Shown one piece after another: positions 38,831 through 52,762 of a stretch of DNA of 64,000 bases (position 1 is its first letter; each line of letters begins with the position of its first letter). The notes below the pieces were generated by a model. It had not been told where the DNA came from. It saw only the letters and a program-made list of their open reading frames with translations, and searched no databases. This stretch comes from Okamejei kenojei (taxonomy: Eukaryota): the NCBI GenBank assembly GCA_035221665.1, contig CM069166.1, forward strand, positions 3,906,001 to 3,970,000, read 5' to 3'. The position numbers and the translations under genes were made by a program.

Positions 38831-40068
38831 GTCTTTCCCCTGTCAACCCTCTGCCTTGGTAGACTCCTTAATCCTACTAGTCTACAACTATTATTGGCCT
38901 CTTTATAGCTCCCAGTTTCTTTAGAGTCTAGAGATACAACGTGGAAATAGGCCCTCCAGCCCATCGAGTCCACCATTGATCACTGGCACACTAGTTCCAA
39001 GTTATCTCAATGCATCTCACATTATAGGGATAAATCAGAGAAGTCAATTAACCTACAAACCTGCTTGTCTTTGCATATCTTTGGAGTGTGGGAGGGAACC
39101 AGAGCAGCTGGAGAAAACCCACATGGTCACAGGAAGAACGTACAAACTCCGCACAGACAGCACCCATAGTCAGGATCAAACCCAAATATCTGGCGCTGTG
39201 AGGAAACAACTCTACCGCAGTGCCACCTTGCCACCCAAAGTACTTACATTATTTTCTGCGTCATTTGTAATCCTTAAGGGTCTTGTCTGATTTCACCTTC
39301 CTAAACCTTACACGGTTCCTTTTTCATTTTAACTAAAGTGTGTAGTTGGGGGGGGGTCTAATCTTTTTGTGTGGGGGGTGGGGAGGAAGGGGGAAACTGC
39401 TTTTTCAAGTCTCTACCTGGTCCGAGAGGCTGCTTTACTCCGAGCAGCAACTTCGACCCGTCCTACCAGCGGGGCCTGGAGCGGCGTTTCCTGAAGGGAC
39501 CTGGCCAGACCCTCGGCTTCAGCGGCGGCACAGCGCTGGAGCGCTATCGCGGAGCGGGCGATGCCTTGCCTGGGTCGCCGCGCTGGAACTCCGGTATGCA
39601 GAGACCGCTGATAAAAAAACATCGCGGAGCCGCAAGCTACGGGATGTTGTGGAGCGGCCAGCAACGGGCGGCGACGCTGAACTTTACATCGGGAGCCTGG
39701 GATCTCACGCCGAGATCGCCAGTGTGTGGAGCTCCTTCCAGCGCGGCCTGTTCGCTTGGAAGCTGCGGCCTCCGGTAAGGAGGCGACTGTTCCTGGCACC
39801 CTGAGCCGCTGAGAGAGTTCGCCCCGACGCCGGAGCACCATCACCCGGCGAGAATGGCCGTGAAGGCCTGCGGAGGCCTCAATAGGCCTGACTATGGGTG
39901 GACATGGAGATGGGGACTGGACTTTGTGCCTTCCCTCACAGTGCAAAACCATTGTGGGGGGATGTTTTTATGTTTTAATGTTAAAATTCTTATTTAATGC
40001 TATGTTGTATTTTTATTAGTGTGCTGCAAGGACATCTGAATTGCCCCCGAATAAGGGGATTAATAAAG

Positions 40069-40069
<1 letters not shown>

Positions 40070-40127
<58 letters not shown>

Positions 40128-40140
40128 ATTATTATTATTA
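40070..40140. repeat. (TTA)n microsatellite, probably the tail of the GC-rich interspersed repeat at about 39340-40070
   Basis: About 22 TTA units directly after AATAAA. Confidence 0.9.
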
Positions 40141-43100
40141 AACATGTAATGTCTCATCATCCCATGTTCCCTAACTGTGTCACAGCTGGTGTACTAGATA
40201 CAGTTCTGGTCACCACACTAAAGGAAGGATTTAGAGTGATACAGTGTAGAAACAGGCCCTTTGGCCCAACTTGCCCACCCCGGCCAACATATCCCAGCTA
40301 CACTCGTCCCACCTGCCTGCATTTTGCCCATAACCCTCCAAACTTGTCCTATCCATCCAGTTAGGAGAGAGGTCCTAATGTCGGAGGCAGGAGGATCATC
40401 AGAGACACCACGTAGGTAGAATCAGGCAAGAGTTAGTTTCAATTGTTTCCTCCTGGTGTAAGAATAAGAGATATGTCAGAGTTAGTTGCCCACAGCTGAC
40501 AAAAATGGTAGTGAACCATCTCAATAAATGGAACAGCGACTCGATTGGGCATGCGGTGACGGGGAGAACGTACAAACTCCATACAGACAGCACCCGTAGT
40601 CGGGATCGAACCCGGGTCTCTGGCACTGTAAGTGCTGTAAGGCAACAACTCTACCCTGCGCCACCGTGCCGCCCAACATCACTGCTCACTGTAGTAAGTT
40701 TTTAAATGCGTTGAGGGATTCTGGAACATGCAGCTTTGTAGATTGTGAATTCTAGGCACTCACCACTGTCTGGCTGGAAACAATTCCCTTTAATCCTCTC
40801 TAATTCTTCAATCTATAAAACCCGAAGCCTCACTGCGACGAGAAGTAAATTATTCGATTCACTCGTTCCGCAGTTCTCATAGTGTTAAATATTGCTCCAA
40901 AATATAACTGTAATTATCGGTACATTGGTCAACAGCCAGGAAGTGCGGGAAACCGAGTTTGAATGGGTCAGCAAATATTTTACAAGCACTTGGCACTGAC
41001 GGCTGGGCCCCATTCACCAGTATTGCTGTTCTCAAGTGTCGAGCTGAAGGTTAAATGAAAGGCACCCAAAGTTATTTAACTGCGTTGCACATGTCAAATG
41101 CAGGATGTTTTAAGGAATATAGAAAATAGCTGCTTCCTATTCACAATAATTAAAAAAAAATAATTTGTAAGGAACTAATCATAAGGAAAACAGTAGAAAG
41201 AGTATTTTGAGGCGAAGTTCTTCCTCTATTCTTAACCTCACTTAATAAACTACTCACATATAAACTGTTCATTATTGGCTCCTTACCTTACTGAGGGTGG
41301 TCAGATGCAGTAAAATCCACACTGGCTATGTGATGAACACCAGAAAAACTTCTGATTTTAGTTTTGTTTGGAGATATATGGCGGCAACAGGCCCTTCGGC
41401 CCACCAAGTCCGCTCTGGCTAGTGATCCCCGCACACTAACATTGTCCTACACCAGGGAAAATGTTTACATTTATCCAAGCCAACCAGCGTACAAATCTGT
41501 ACGTCTTTGGAGTGTGGGAGGAAACCGGAGCACCCGGAGAAAACCCACGCAGGTCACGGGGAGAACGTACAGCACCCAGGTCTCCGTCACAAAGGGTGGT
41601 AGGTGTATGGAACGAGCTGCCAGAGGAGGTAGTTGAGGAAGGAACTACTGGAACATTTAAAGAAGTACATGGATAGGACAGATTTAGTGGAATATACTGT
41701 AGGCCAAACGCAGTCAGGTGGGACTAGGGTACATGGGGCGTGTTGGCCAGTGTGGGCAAGTTGGGCTGAATGGCCTGTTTCCACGCTGTAAGCCTCTATG
41801 ACTATTTCTCCAGGCTATTTATACTGATGGCCCTGAGCTGACCTCCCAGTCATTTCTCATCTTCCGGAGGGGAAGTCACTCACGGTGTCTCTGTGTTTGC
41901 CCAGATACAACGTGTGCAGGAGGGGGAGATGAGGCTGTGAATCTGCTCACTACCACTCTGTGGTGGGGGCCGTGGGCAGAGGATTGCAGGAACTTCTCTA
42001 CCACTGTGTCAGCCCTGAATCGGCGGAGAATGTGGAAGGGACATGCCCTGGGCTGCAAAATGAAAGAACAGAAACTTCAATAGAATTAGCAGCAACGTGG
42101 GAACAACCGATAGAGAGGAAGTATTAAGTCCCAGTCATTTACAAAATGGGGAATTAGTGAATAGTGTTCATTAAAATCATCATGAACAGCTGATGCTGGA
42201 TATCTGGAATTAAACAGAATGCTGGAAACACTCAGCGGTCAGGTAGGGAGAAACAGATTGATGTTCTTTTGTTCGTACCAAAGTTTACTCTGATTCCTTC
42301 TCCACACATTCTGCCTGTCCTGCTAAATATCCCCAACTTCGACAGATGCACCGTATAAAGCATTTTCACAGCATAGTTTGGGAACAGCTCCATCCAAGAC
42401 TTTTACTGGACTTTATCCTGCGCTAAACATTATTCACGTTATTCCCTTATGTCATGTATCTGTACACTGTGGGAGGCTCGATTGTAATCATGTATTGTCT
42501 TTCCGCTGACTGGATAGCACGCAACAAAAGTTCTTCTCTGTACCTCGGTACACGTGACAATAAACTAAATTAAACTAAACTAAACTAAATCGAAACTAAA
42601 CATCTCATGTTTTGTATACCCTTATATCAATCACCATTTGCAGTTCTGTATTAAACCCATTCAAAGGTCATTCACAAGCACAACCATCAAGGTAGTTCAT
42701 CACTGAGTCATTCAGGAAAGGATGTGGGTAGGTAACGCAAAATATACTTGAAAGAACTGTAGGATTTAAGAAAAGCTTAAGAAGTAAAAAGAGGTTGTTA
42801 ATTCTAAGGAGAGGAAGATTCAGAGCCAACAGCTGCCATTGAGTCAAATCCTGAAAGATCAAGTAGCCAGAATTAGCAACGCGGAACTGCGAGAGGTTAC
42901 TAATACAGGGAGCACGAGGCAATTAGAGGGAACCAAAAATGCACAAGAGCATTTTTAAATGAACGAATTGCCAAACTGACAACTCATTAAGTGTGGTCAC
43001 CTGAACCAGTATAATGAGTGAATGGGGTTTGGGGCAAGAACACCAGGGTTGTGGAGGAGCTCTGGTTTATGGAGAGTGAAAGGGGTGAGATTGACTTAAT

Positions 43101-43671
43101 ATGTAGTGGAATGATTGAGTTTCTGGGAAAGAGGGGCAAGGGTGAGGGTCTCAGCAGCAGAGTGGTGATGTTACAAAGGAGGAAACACATGTTATTGGTG
43201 ATGGGGAAGATATGGTGTCAGAAGGTCTATCCTGGGTTAATGGTTCATCATAATAATGTCTATTTTAAGCAACTGTAGTCCCAGAGGTAATGTTGGGAAA
43301 GGCAGCAGTCAATTTTCACAAGCTAATCTGCCACAATCTATCATATAATGTTATGAGAGGCATAGAGGCAGACAATCAGAATCTTTCTCCCAGCATGGAA
43401 ATATCCAACATTAGAGGGCATATCTATAAGGTGAGTGGGGAAAGATAAATGGGGAAGTGCAGGACAGGAGCAAGTTTTTTACACAGTGAGTGGTGGGAGC
43501 CTGGAACATAATGCCAGGGGTTATTTTAGTTTAGTTTAATTTAGAGATACAGCATGGAACAAGACCCTTCAGCCCACCAAGTCTGTGCGACCAACGATCC
43601 CAGTACACTGACACTATCCTACACGCACTGGGGACAATTTACAATTTTTACCGAAGACAATTGGCCTACAT

Positions 43672-44262
43672 TCGGCACTTCGAGCCTGCACCGCCATTCA
43701 ATATGATCATTAAACGCAGTATCCTGTACCTGCCTTCTCTCCATACCCCCACAAGGGCCACATCTAACTCCCTCTTAAATATAGCCAATGAACTGGCCTC
43801 AACTACTTTCTGTGGCAGAGAATTCCATAGATTCACCACTCTGAAAAAAAAAATTCTCATCTCGGTCCTAAAAGACTTCCCCCTTATCCTTAAACTGTGA
43901 CCCCTTGTTCTGGACTTCCCCAACATCGGGAACAATCTTCCTGCATCTAGCCTGTCCAACCCCTTAAGAATTTTTTAAGTTTCTATAAGATCCCCCCTCA
44001 ATCTTCTAAATTCCAGCGAGTGCAAGCCTAGTCTACCCAGTCTTTCTTCAAATGAAAGTCCTGCCATCCCAGGAATCAGTCTGGTGAACCTTCTCTGTAC
44101 TCCCTCTATGGCGAGAACATCTTTCCTTAGATTAGGAGACCAAAACTGTACGCAATACTCCAGGTGTGGCCTCACCAAGGCCCTGTACAACTGCAGTAGA
44201 ACTTCCCTGCACCTATACTCAAATCCTTTTGCTATGAATGCTAACATACCATTCGCTTTCTT
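43672..44262 (-). mobile_element. CR1 LINE 3' fragment inserted in a SINE
   Basis: ORFs 43975..44247 and 43666..43959, same family as 37222-38830. Confidence 0.88.
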
Positions 44263-45271
44263 CTAATGTGGGAGAAAACCGGAGATCCCGGAGAAAACCC
44301 ACACAGGTTCCGGGGAGAACATGCAATCTCCGTACAGACAGCAGCACCCCTAGTTAGGATCGTACCTGGGTCTCTGGCGCTGTAAGGTAGCAACTCTACC
44401 ACTGTGTCACCACCAGTGGTGGAGAGAGATATGATAGTGGTGTTCATGAGGCCTTTAGATAGGCACGGAGGTACAGGAAATAGAGGGATATGGATCATGT
44501 GCAGGCAGATGGGATCAGTTTAACTTGGCATCACAGACATTGTAGGCTCAAAGGCCCCGTCCTATACTGTACTGTTCTACAAACTTCGTTTTGGTTACAA
44601 CTAGATGATCTTTGTTTAAGATGTTGATTGAAGGATAAACATTAGTCAGGACACAGTTAATAACTTCTCATCTTCATCGTTCTATGGAATCTTTAACATC
44701 CGCGTAGGAGAGCAGACAAGAGCTCAGCTTAACGTGCAGTGTGAGAGATGGGCTTCTTTTTAATGTTTCCTCCTGATACTCCTTCAGTGTTGCACCAGAG
44801 GAACAGTGTGGGTGTCTCTCTGCTCAAACCCCTGGCTTGGGACTTGAACTCAGACCATTTTGACTATCGGATCCACTGACGGCCTCTACAGCCTTCTGTG
44901 GCAAACCATTGGTTCACAGCTGATGGACATCATTGTTCCAGATGCTGGCTGGGAATAGGGATGGGGAGATTGTATAAAGTGTGTGCCAGGGTCCAGGATA
45001 ATGGCTTTAGAACAGAACAATACAGCACAGAAACAGACCCTTCAGCCCATAATGTCTGTCCCGGACATAATGCCGACAAGCTCTTATCTGCCTGCACATA
45101 TCACATATCCCTCCATTCCCTGCATATCCATGTGCCAATCCACAAATCTCTTAAATGCCATTATCATATCTGCTTCAAACATAAAGTCATAAGGTCACAA
45201 GGAATAGGAGTAGAATTAGGCCATTCGGCCCATCAAGTCTGCACCATTCAATCATGGTAGATCTAACCCCA

Positions 45272-48200
45272 TTTCATTTCGGAGTCGCATGAGTGATTCC
45301 GTGAAGAAGCCGCCAGCACACATGCGCGTCAATACGTCGACGCATGGCGCAACGCTGGCTGCCAGGCGCGCTGCTCCTGCCATCGGTAAGTTTAAACCCG
45401 AAGGCAAGTTTTTAAACTTTTCAGGTTAGGTTTCCATTGCAGGAATCTCTTCTTACAGAGTTTCCTGCTGGATTTCGGGGCAAAGTCGGGACGGGCCGCG
45501 GGGAGACCTTTATGGACTGCGTCCCAGTCACGGACTGTGGGGAATCCCGGCCACGGACCGCAGGGAACCCGCTACGGAGACGGCTGAAGTGCGGGTAGCG
45601 GCGGGGGTCAAATTCGCCTTCAGAGTCGCTGGCGGTGGAGCCAGCGGCTTCAGACTGGTGCGGCAGCACCTTGGCAAACCCGCTTGAAGGGCAGCCACGG
45701 AGAAAGTCCGTACGGCCCATTGACTCAAACGAGTCGGGCCAGGAGGATTCCTGGTGCAGAGGATCCCCTACTTCTATGGGTAACGTTCTTCGGACGTCAA
45801 ACCCACATGGAGCACCTAATGGAGAGGTGCTCCACAATGGTATGCTCCAAGAAAGGAGTTATATCACTGCGGGTCTCTGCGGGGCCCCCGGCAACAGCAC
45901 CTGTGTACAGGGCTGCACACTGTCTCCCACTCTGAAGATGGGAGCAGTCGGAAACACTCGTAAAAGTTGGAAACACTTGTAAAAACTTGTAAACAACCTT
46001 GTTGTTATGAAGCAGCCTCTATTCATCAAGAGTATTGGCAATATAGTGGCTGTGTTTTCAGCTGTGCATTTGGACCTTTGCATTTTCAGTGCCATGCAGG
46101 TCGTTATTAACAGATCTACCTATTCCTATTACCAGCTGAAGCTATCAAAGTCACAATGGTGTATTCTACATTGCTCCTGTACTTTTGCTCAGTAACTCTT
46201 CAGTTATATTACAAACTGATACTAGTACTCAAAGATGAAAAATTACGAATACCATCTCTAGTTACGGAGGCAAATGGGCTTTGCATGCTCAGCTCCAAGT
46301 TGATACACTACGGTAGGGGCATTTGACGCTGGTGTATCATCACGTAAAGGTCTATGACAACACAGTATGGATGTTGTATCACAACGTATTTAATGACATT
46401 GTGGTTGAATGGAACACCGAATATCAATATGTTTGCATCCAGGCTCAATCTCCATTGCAAATATATGTGGCACAGTGGTAATAGATGTATTCTCGCTACA
46501 CTGAGGAGGAATGTTCTTTCTGTCTTTCCTCCATTTTGCCTCATCAGTCGGGTCTTGCACAAAAACCAGCAAGATCTCTCCTCAGGAATTTTGTACGGAC
46601 TGACTGGCCTATGCAGCCATGGCTCCTGCTAAATGTTGGGGATGATTATAGGACCTTATATGGTTGTCCTAAACACAAACATTTGGTGGTTTACCCCGTG
46701 ACTGAGGAAACCATCCTCTGCATGATAAAATCAATTTATAGACTTGGAGTCTCTGAAAAGACCATTCTGCGGCACGGATTGCCAGACCGATCCATGTACG
46801 TGCTCACTGCAGAATGTAGGGATAGCACTGAGAAAGCAGCACATTTTTCCTCATCAGGAGATGGGAAGTGTTTTGGTTTTAAATGCCAATGGTCCATATA
46901 ATACGGCATGGATAACTAACGATCGGAGTTCATTTCAGATGAGTCTTTTAATTAAATTATAGTACCCTTAACTGTGCCAACGTGCTTTCTCATCATAGTT
47001 GCTGCAGCGATCAGGACCCACTCTGTCGGGTCACACTCTCTAATAACGGAATTTGGATCAATCTCAGGATACAGTATCAATTGGAATAAAAGTGAACTTA
47101 TGCCAATAACGATGAATAATTTACATATATTACAACAATTTCCTTTCAAGATAACAAATGAAAATATCAAATATCTTGGCATTTTCGTTACAAAAAGATT
47201 TGATTCTTTATTTAAATTTAATTTCCCTTTATTACTGAATAAATTAAATAAGAATATTTTATACTGGAAAAGTTTACCTATTTCAATGTTAGGTAAAATC
47301 AATGCGATAAAAATGATTTTTCTCCCACAATTATTATATTTATTTCAATTAATCCCGATATACCTCCCTAAATTTTTTTTTTAAAAAGTAGATTCCCTAA
47401 TTACTAACTTTATCTGGGATTATAAGAACCACAGAATAAATAAAAAACACTTATGTAAAGCTAAAATAAATGGGGGATTAGCATTACCAAATCTTATGTT
47501 TTATTACTGGGCAGTTAATATTAAAAATATGAATTTTTGGCTAGAAGAAATAGATAACAAACCAAACTGGTTAAAAATGGAAAAAGAAGATTGTTCTCCA
47601 TTTGAAATTAGTTCTATAATATTCGCTAACACTAACATAGCTAAGAAAATTTATAGTGAAAATCCGATAATAGAAAACGGAATCCGCATTTGGAAACAAA
47701 TAAAGAAAACATTAAAATTAAAATCTATACCATTAGGTCTTACCATTGCCAATAATTTTACGTTTAAACCCTCAACGATGGATAAGGCTTTTTTACAATG
47801 GAAAAATAAAGGAATCTTTAACATGGGTGATCTTTATAAGGAAAACTCTTTTCTTTCATTTCAAGAGTTACAACAAACTTATGGACTACACAATAATGAA
47901 TATTTTAGATACTTACAAATCAGAAACTATGTTTCTGCAAATACACAAGAACTTAGAAATAGAAAGACTGAAATTTTAGATGAATGCTTGAATAAACATC
48001 CAAATACAGAAAAAATGATATCATATATTTATAATATTTTATTGGAAAGTGATATCCCATCAACAGAAACACATAGACAGCTTTGGGAAAATGAATTAGG
48101 TCAAATAATAAGACCAGAAATATGGGACGAAAGCTTACAGCACATACATCATTGCTCGTTAAATGCTAAACATCCCTTATACAGTTTAAAATTCTACATA

Positions 48201-50320
48201 GACTACATTATTCCAAATCTAAATTACATAATATATTTCCAAAATTATCTCCTATATGTGATAAATGTCAAATCTCAGAAGCAAATTTGTCACATTCATT
48301 TACTAATTGTATAAAAATTGTAGAATATTGGAACGAAATATTTAAGATAATTTCGAATGTTATTAATATTACTATGACTTCTGATCCAAAGTTAATAATA
48401 CTTGGAATACTTGAAACGGACCAACTAATTACAATGAACCAAAGAATTTTTATCGACTATTGTTTAATAATTGGGAAAAAATTAATACTAAAATTTTGGA
48501 AAGGCCCTGCATCCCCAACAATTAAAATGTGGAATACAGAAATGTCGGAGACACTTCACTTGGAGAGATTGAGGCTTGTCCTTATGGATAGGTTAGATCT
48601 CTTCAGAGGGATTTGGTCTCCATATATTAAATATTTACAGGGTCATAATGGTTCGGCGCGAGGACTTGACTGAGGCCTGAATATCGGAATGGATGAAGAA
48701 ATATATATAATAAATCATGAATATATCTCCAAGGACGGATTAATGAGTAATATTCCAATCTCCATCAAACTTTCCATACTCTCTTTTCTATTTTCCTATG
48801 CTTAATTAGAAAAAAATATAGAAACACATTATATTAAATTATTAATATTAGTACGAATATAGATATCACTGGTGGTATGAAAATATTATTAATGTCTTGT
48901 ACTTTCAATTATATAAAATTGTGTATTTTCAACTATATAATAATTTTGGAATTTAAAGTCAATAATAATACAAACATTCTTAATATTATGAAAATATAAT
49001 GAATATCATAGAAGTTCGGTTAATATTGTGTATTATCAATTATAACATGGGGAGCTGTATTTGGAAATCATAGAAAATATGGATATCATGGGTAGTATGA
49101 GTATATTGCTAATACTAGGAATGTACTATTAATACCACATACTCCCAATTATATAAAATAAACAACCTTAATATGTATAATTAATAATATTACAAATAAT
49201 ATAAACAGTATCAATTTATCATTATTATCATGTATTTTTTATCATCGTATAAGAGTGTACTTTGTAATTACTTTGTTTCTATAATTTAAAAAAATTAAAA
49301 AATAAAAAAAAACACTCTCTGATATCCAGATTTATAAGGATATCTTTAACATAATTCTCCCAGGCCCAGGTACTCGGAGATATGGGATGTTAGCATTGTT
49401 CTTCAACTGCTTCACCAGTAGGGCCCAGCTACATCTCTATCCCTGGTCAAACTCACTTACAAAGTGTTTATGCTCATGGCACTAGTCTCAGCGCAACTGG
49501 TCCAGCCACTACTTATATTGCGACTGGACTGGATGGTTACATTATGTTTATGATCTAGTTAAGCAGCAGACCAGGGGTGTCAGGTCCCAAACTATTTCTC
49601 ATGGCATACCCCATGGACCTTTGGTTGTCTGTAGTCACTCATTTACAACAATATGTCAAGGTCACCAAGAGCCTTAGAGGATCTGCACTAGCAATGGTTG
49701 TTAGTTACTAAAAACCTCATAAAAGGTATCTATCCAGACCATCTCTAGGTGGTCAAACAGGGTTTTGGCTTATGCAGAAGTATATACTATATTTCTATCG
49801 CACTCTACTAGGGCTGCTACTACATTAGCAGCAAGGGTAATGTATGTTCCACTGGACCACACCCTAGCGGCTGCAGGATGGTCAAACAAATGAACTTTCC
49901 AACATTTTATAATAACCGATTGCCAGACCAGGGGTATTTGCCAATTTCCATTTATGATTTGTTTCATAGTTTCCCCCAGGATGGAAGGGGTCACTATTAT
50001 TCTCCTTTGATGATTAAAGCATCAGCATTTTTAACAAACTATGTCATGGCTGACTGCATTAATCTTTTTCACTCATCCATGGTCAATTGATGCAGTGTGT
50101 GACTCCTGGACTCGTCTCTGGCATGAAATCACAGAGCTTTGAAGTCTTCACGGAATCACTCTGAAATTAAATAGTAAGATTAAGTGAGAATTACCAGTTT
50201 GAAGTTTGATATTTATTTTATGAGGAGTTACAATGAGCGATTACGTGCCCACCACTCCCAACCCTCATATCATAAAGGCCATCTGGTAGTTCTCAGTTTC
50301 TCTCCAATCTTACTATATTC
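45272..50320 (+). mobile_element. Decayed DIRS retrotransposon, copy 2 (gag-like region, RT/RH remnants, MTase-like domain, tyrosine recombinase, ICR)
   Basis: GTPNINMFASRLN and FPPFCLISRVL (MTase-like, ORF 46354). YR motifs VGSHSL|ISRF..PRYSEIWDVSIVL, HSTRAA and LAAAGWS..TFQHFYN at 49800-49915. ICR at 50141-50260 is complementary to both termini. Confidence 0.85.
47042..49311 (+). mobile_element. L1/Tx1-clade LINE, 5'-truncated, inserted in the YR gene of DIRS copy 2
   Basis: ORFs 46974..47384, 47496..48314 and 48287..48673 are homologous to the 5224-8680 element. AT-rich 3' UTR and poly-A. TSD ACACTCTCT at 47033-47041 and 49312-49320. Confidence 0.92.
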
Positions 50321-51477
50321 AGGTCAAATCTCTAAACTAAACTAGATTAGATAAAACAGGAAATATATCAACTGACCCTCCAGTACTCACTGACATTTAG
50401 GATGACGAAATTTGATATTTCCGTTCCTATTTATGTGGAAATGTTACGGGCACTTTGCCACTAATTAAATGAGATGATGAGGAGTGATTTGATGCTCTTG
50501 ACAAATAGCCAGTCATGTCCTCTAACACATATATTGCATGGCAGAGTAATTTGGAAGATGGGAAATGTAATTCCAGATTAAATTTTATAAATTTGTATAA
50601 GTATTGACACAGAGTGTTGTCTGTCACACTTCGTATCATGTACACATGAACAAAATCATTTTCATTTGTTAGAAAAGCCTTACTGCATACTTTAATAGCA
50701 ATGAAAAATCTGTAAAAATGCTGCAAAAATTTACATTGCAATGTTTTTTAAAAATTAATTCTATGTTGGTTTTTAAAAAAATGTGTTATTTCTTCTTTTT
50801 CGTGTTTAAATTCAGTACAGACAGCATCCACAGTCAGGATCGAACCCGGGTCTCTGGCGCTGTGAGGCAGCAACTCTACCGCTGTTCACTGTGCCACCCT
50901 AGTGGATGGGTTCGTGTTGAGAGCAAAATGGATTAGTTTTGGTGTCGTGACACACTGTGTGTAGATGGGGGCTTGATGATCCATGCTGTATTGATTCTAT
51001 GACTCCAAAAGTATAAACAGCCTACGGTGTGAATGCAGTGGGCTGCTAGATGTAGTGTACTGGGATGTGGTCCATGACCCATCATTGTAAAAATGGTGAA
51101 TAACACATTGAACAAATTCCAGGATTCACCAGTAACTTCAGAACATGCGTTGTGTGGGGCACGGTGGCGCTGTGCTAGAGTTGCTGACCTACAGTGCCAG
51201 AGACCCAGGTTCAATCCAGACCACGGGTGGTGTCTGTATGGAGTTTGTACGTTCTCACCGTGACTGCGTGGGTTTTCTCCGAGTATTTCAGTTTCCTTCC
51301 ACAGTCCAAAGATGCACCGGTTTGTAGATTAATTGGCTTGGTATAGATGTAAAAATTGTGCACAATACATCATTGTGCTATTATATCACAAACCAGCAAA
51401 ACATATTTATATAAAAATTATATAATTCCAGGAAATGGCGTCAGCGTTAGAGTCTGAGGTGATTCTTAATTCACACT

Positions 51478-52762
51478 GGACCCACTGCAGTTCGCTTACC
51501 GCCACAACAGATCAACGGTGGATGCGATCTCGCTGGCCCTCCACTCCGCTCTGGACCACTTGGACAACAAAAACTCATATGTCAGGCTGTTATACATCGA
51601 TTACAGCTTGGCATTTAACACAATCACCCCCTCCAAGCTGGTTACCAAACGCGCAGAACTGGGTCTCTGCGCATCCCTCTGCAATTGGATCCTCGACTTC
51701 CTCATTCACAGACCACAGTCTATTCGTATTGGTGGAAATGTGTCAGCCTCGATAACAATCAGCACGGGAGCACCTCAAGGCTGCGTGCTCAGCCCCCTGC
51801 TGTACTCACTCTATACTCATGACTGCGTAGCCAGTCACAGTGCGAACTCCATCATCAAGATCGCTGACGACACCACTGTTGTGGGACGTTTCACTGATGG
51901 GGATGAGTCAGAGTACAGAAGAGAGATCGAGCGACTGTCCATATGGTGCCAGCACAATAACCTGGCCCTCAACACCAGCAAAACCAAGGAACTGATTGTG
52001 GACTTTGGAAGGAGTAGGATGGGGACCCACAGTCCTGTTTGTATCAACGGGTCGATGGTTGAAAGGGTCACAGCTTCAAATTCCTGGGCGTTCACATCTC
52101 TGAAGATATTTCCTGGTCCGAGAACACTAATGCAATTATCAAGAAAGCACATCAGCGCCTCTACTTCCTGAGAAGATTACGGAGAGTCGGTTTGTCAAGG
52201 AGGACTCTCTCTAACTTCTACAGGTGCACAGTAGAGAACATGCTGACCGGTTGCATCGTGGCTTGGTTCGGCAACTTGAGCGCCCTGGAGAGGAAAAGAC
52301 TACAAAAAGTAGTAAACACTGCCCAGTCCATCATCGGCTCTGACCTTCCTTCCATCGAGGGGATTTATCACAGTCGCTGCCTCAAAAAGGCTGGCAATAT
52401 CATCAAGGACCCACACCATCCTGGCCACACACTCATCTCCCCGCTACCTTCAGGTAGAAGGTACAGGAGCTTGAAGACTGCAACGACCAGGTTCAGGAAT
52501 AGCTACTTCCCCACAGCCATCAGGCTATTAAACCTGGCTCGGACAAAACTCTGATCATTAATAAACCATTATCTGTTATTTGCACTTTATCAGTTTATTA
52601 TTCATGTGTGTATATATTTATACAATGGTATATGGACACGCTGATCTGTTTTGTAGTCAATGCCTACTATGTTCTGTTGTGCTGAAGCAAAGCAAGAATC
52701 TCATTGTCCGGTCAGGGACACGTGACAATAAACCCACTTGTACTTGAACACTTGAACTTGAA
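51478..52762 (+). mobile_element. Rex1/Babar-clade LINE, 5'-truncated RT with frameshift
   Basis: [23 protein letters not shown]...[11 protein letters not shown]...[20 protein letters not shown]...ADDTTVVG, with a 3' AATAAA and (CTTGAA)n tail. Confidence 0.88.

Noticed and set aside
39346-39952. Overlapping GC-rich ORFs of 135-179 aa on both strands
   Set aside because: No recognisable domain or splice structure. The block ends in AATAAA plus (TTA)n like a retroposed repeat.
40041-40364. ORF with a poly-Ile hydrophobic stretch
   Set aside because: Translation of the (TTA)n microsatellite.
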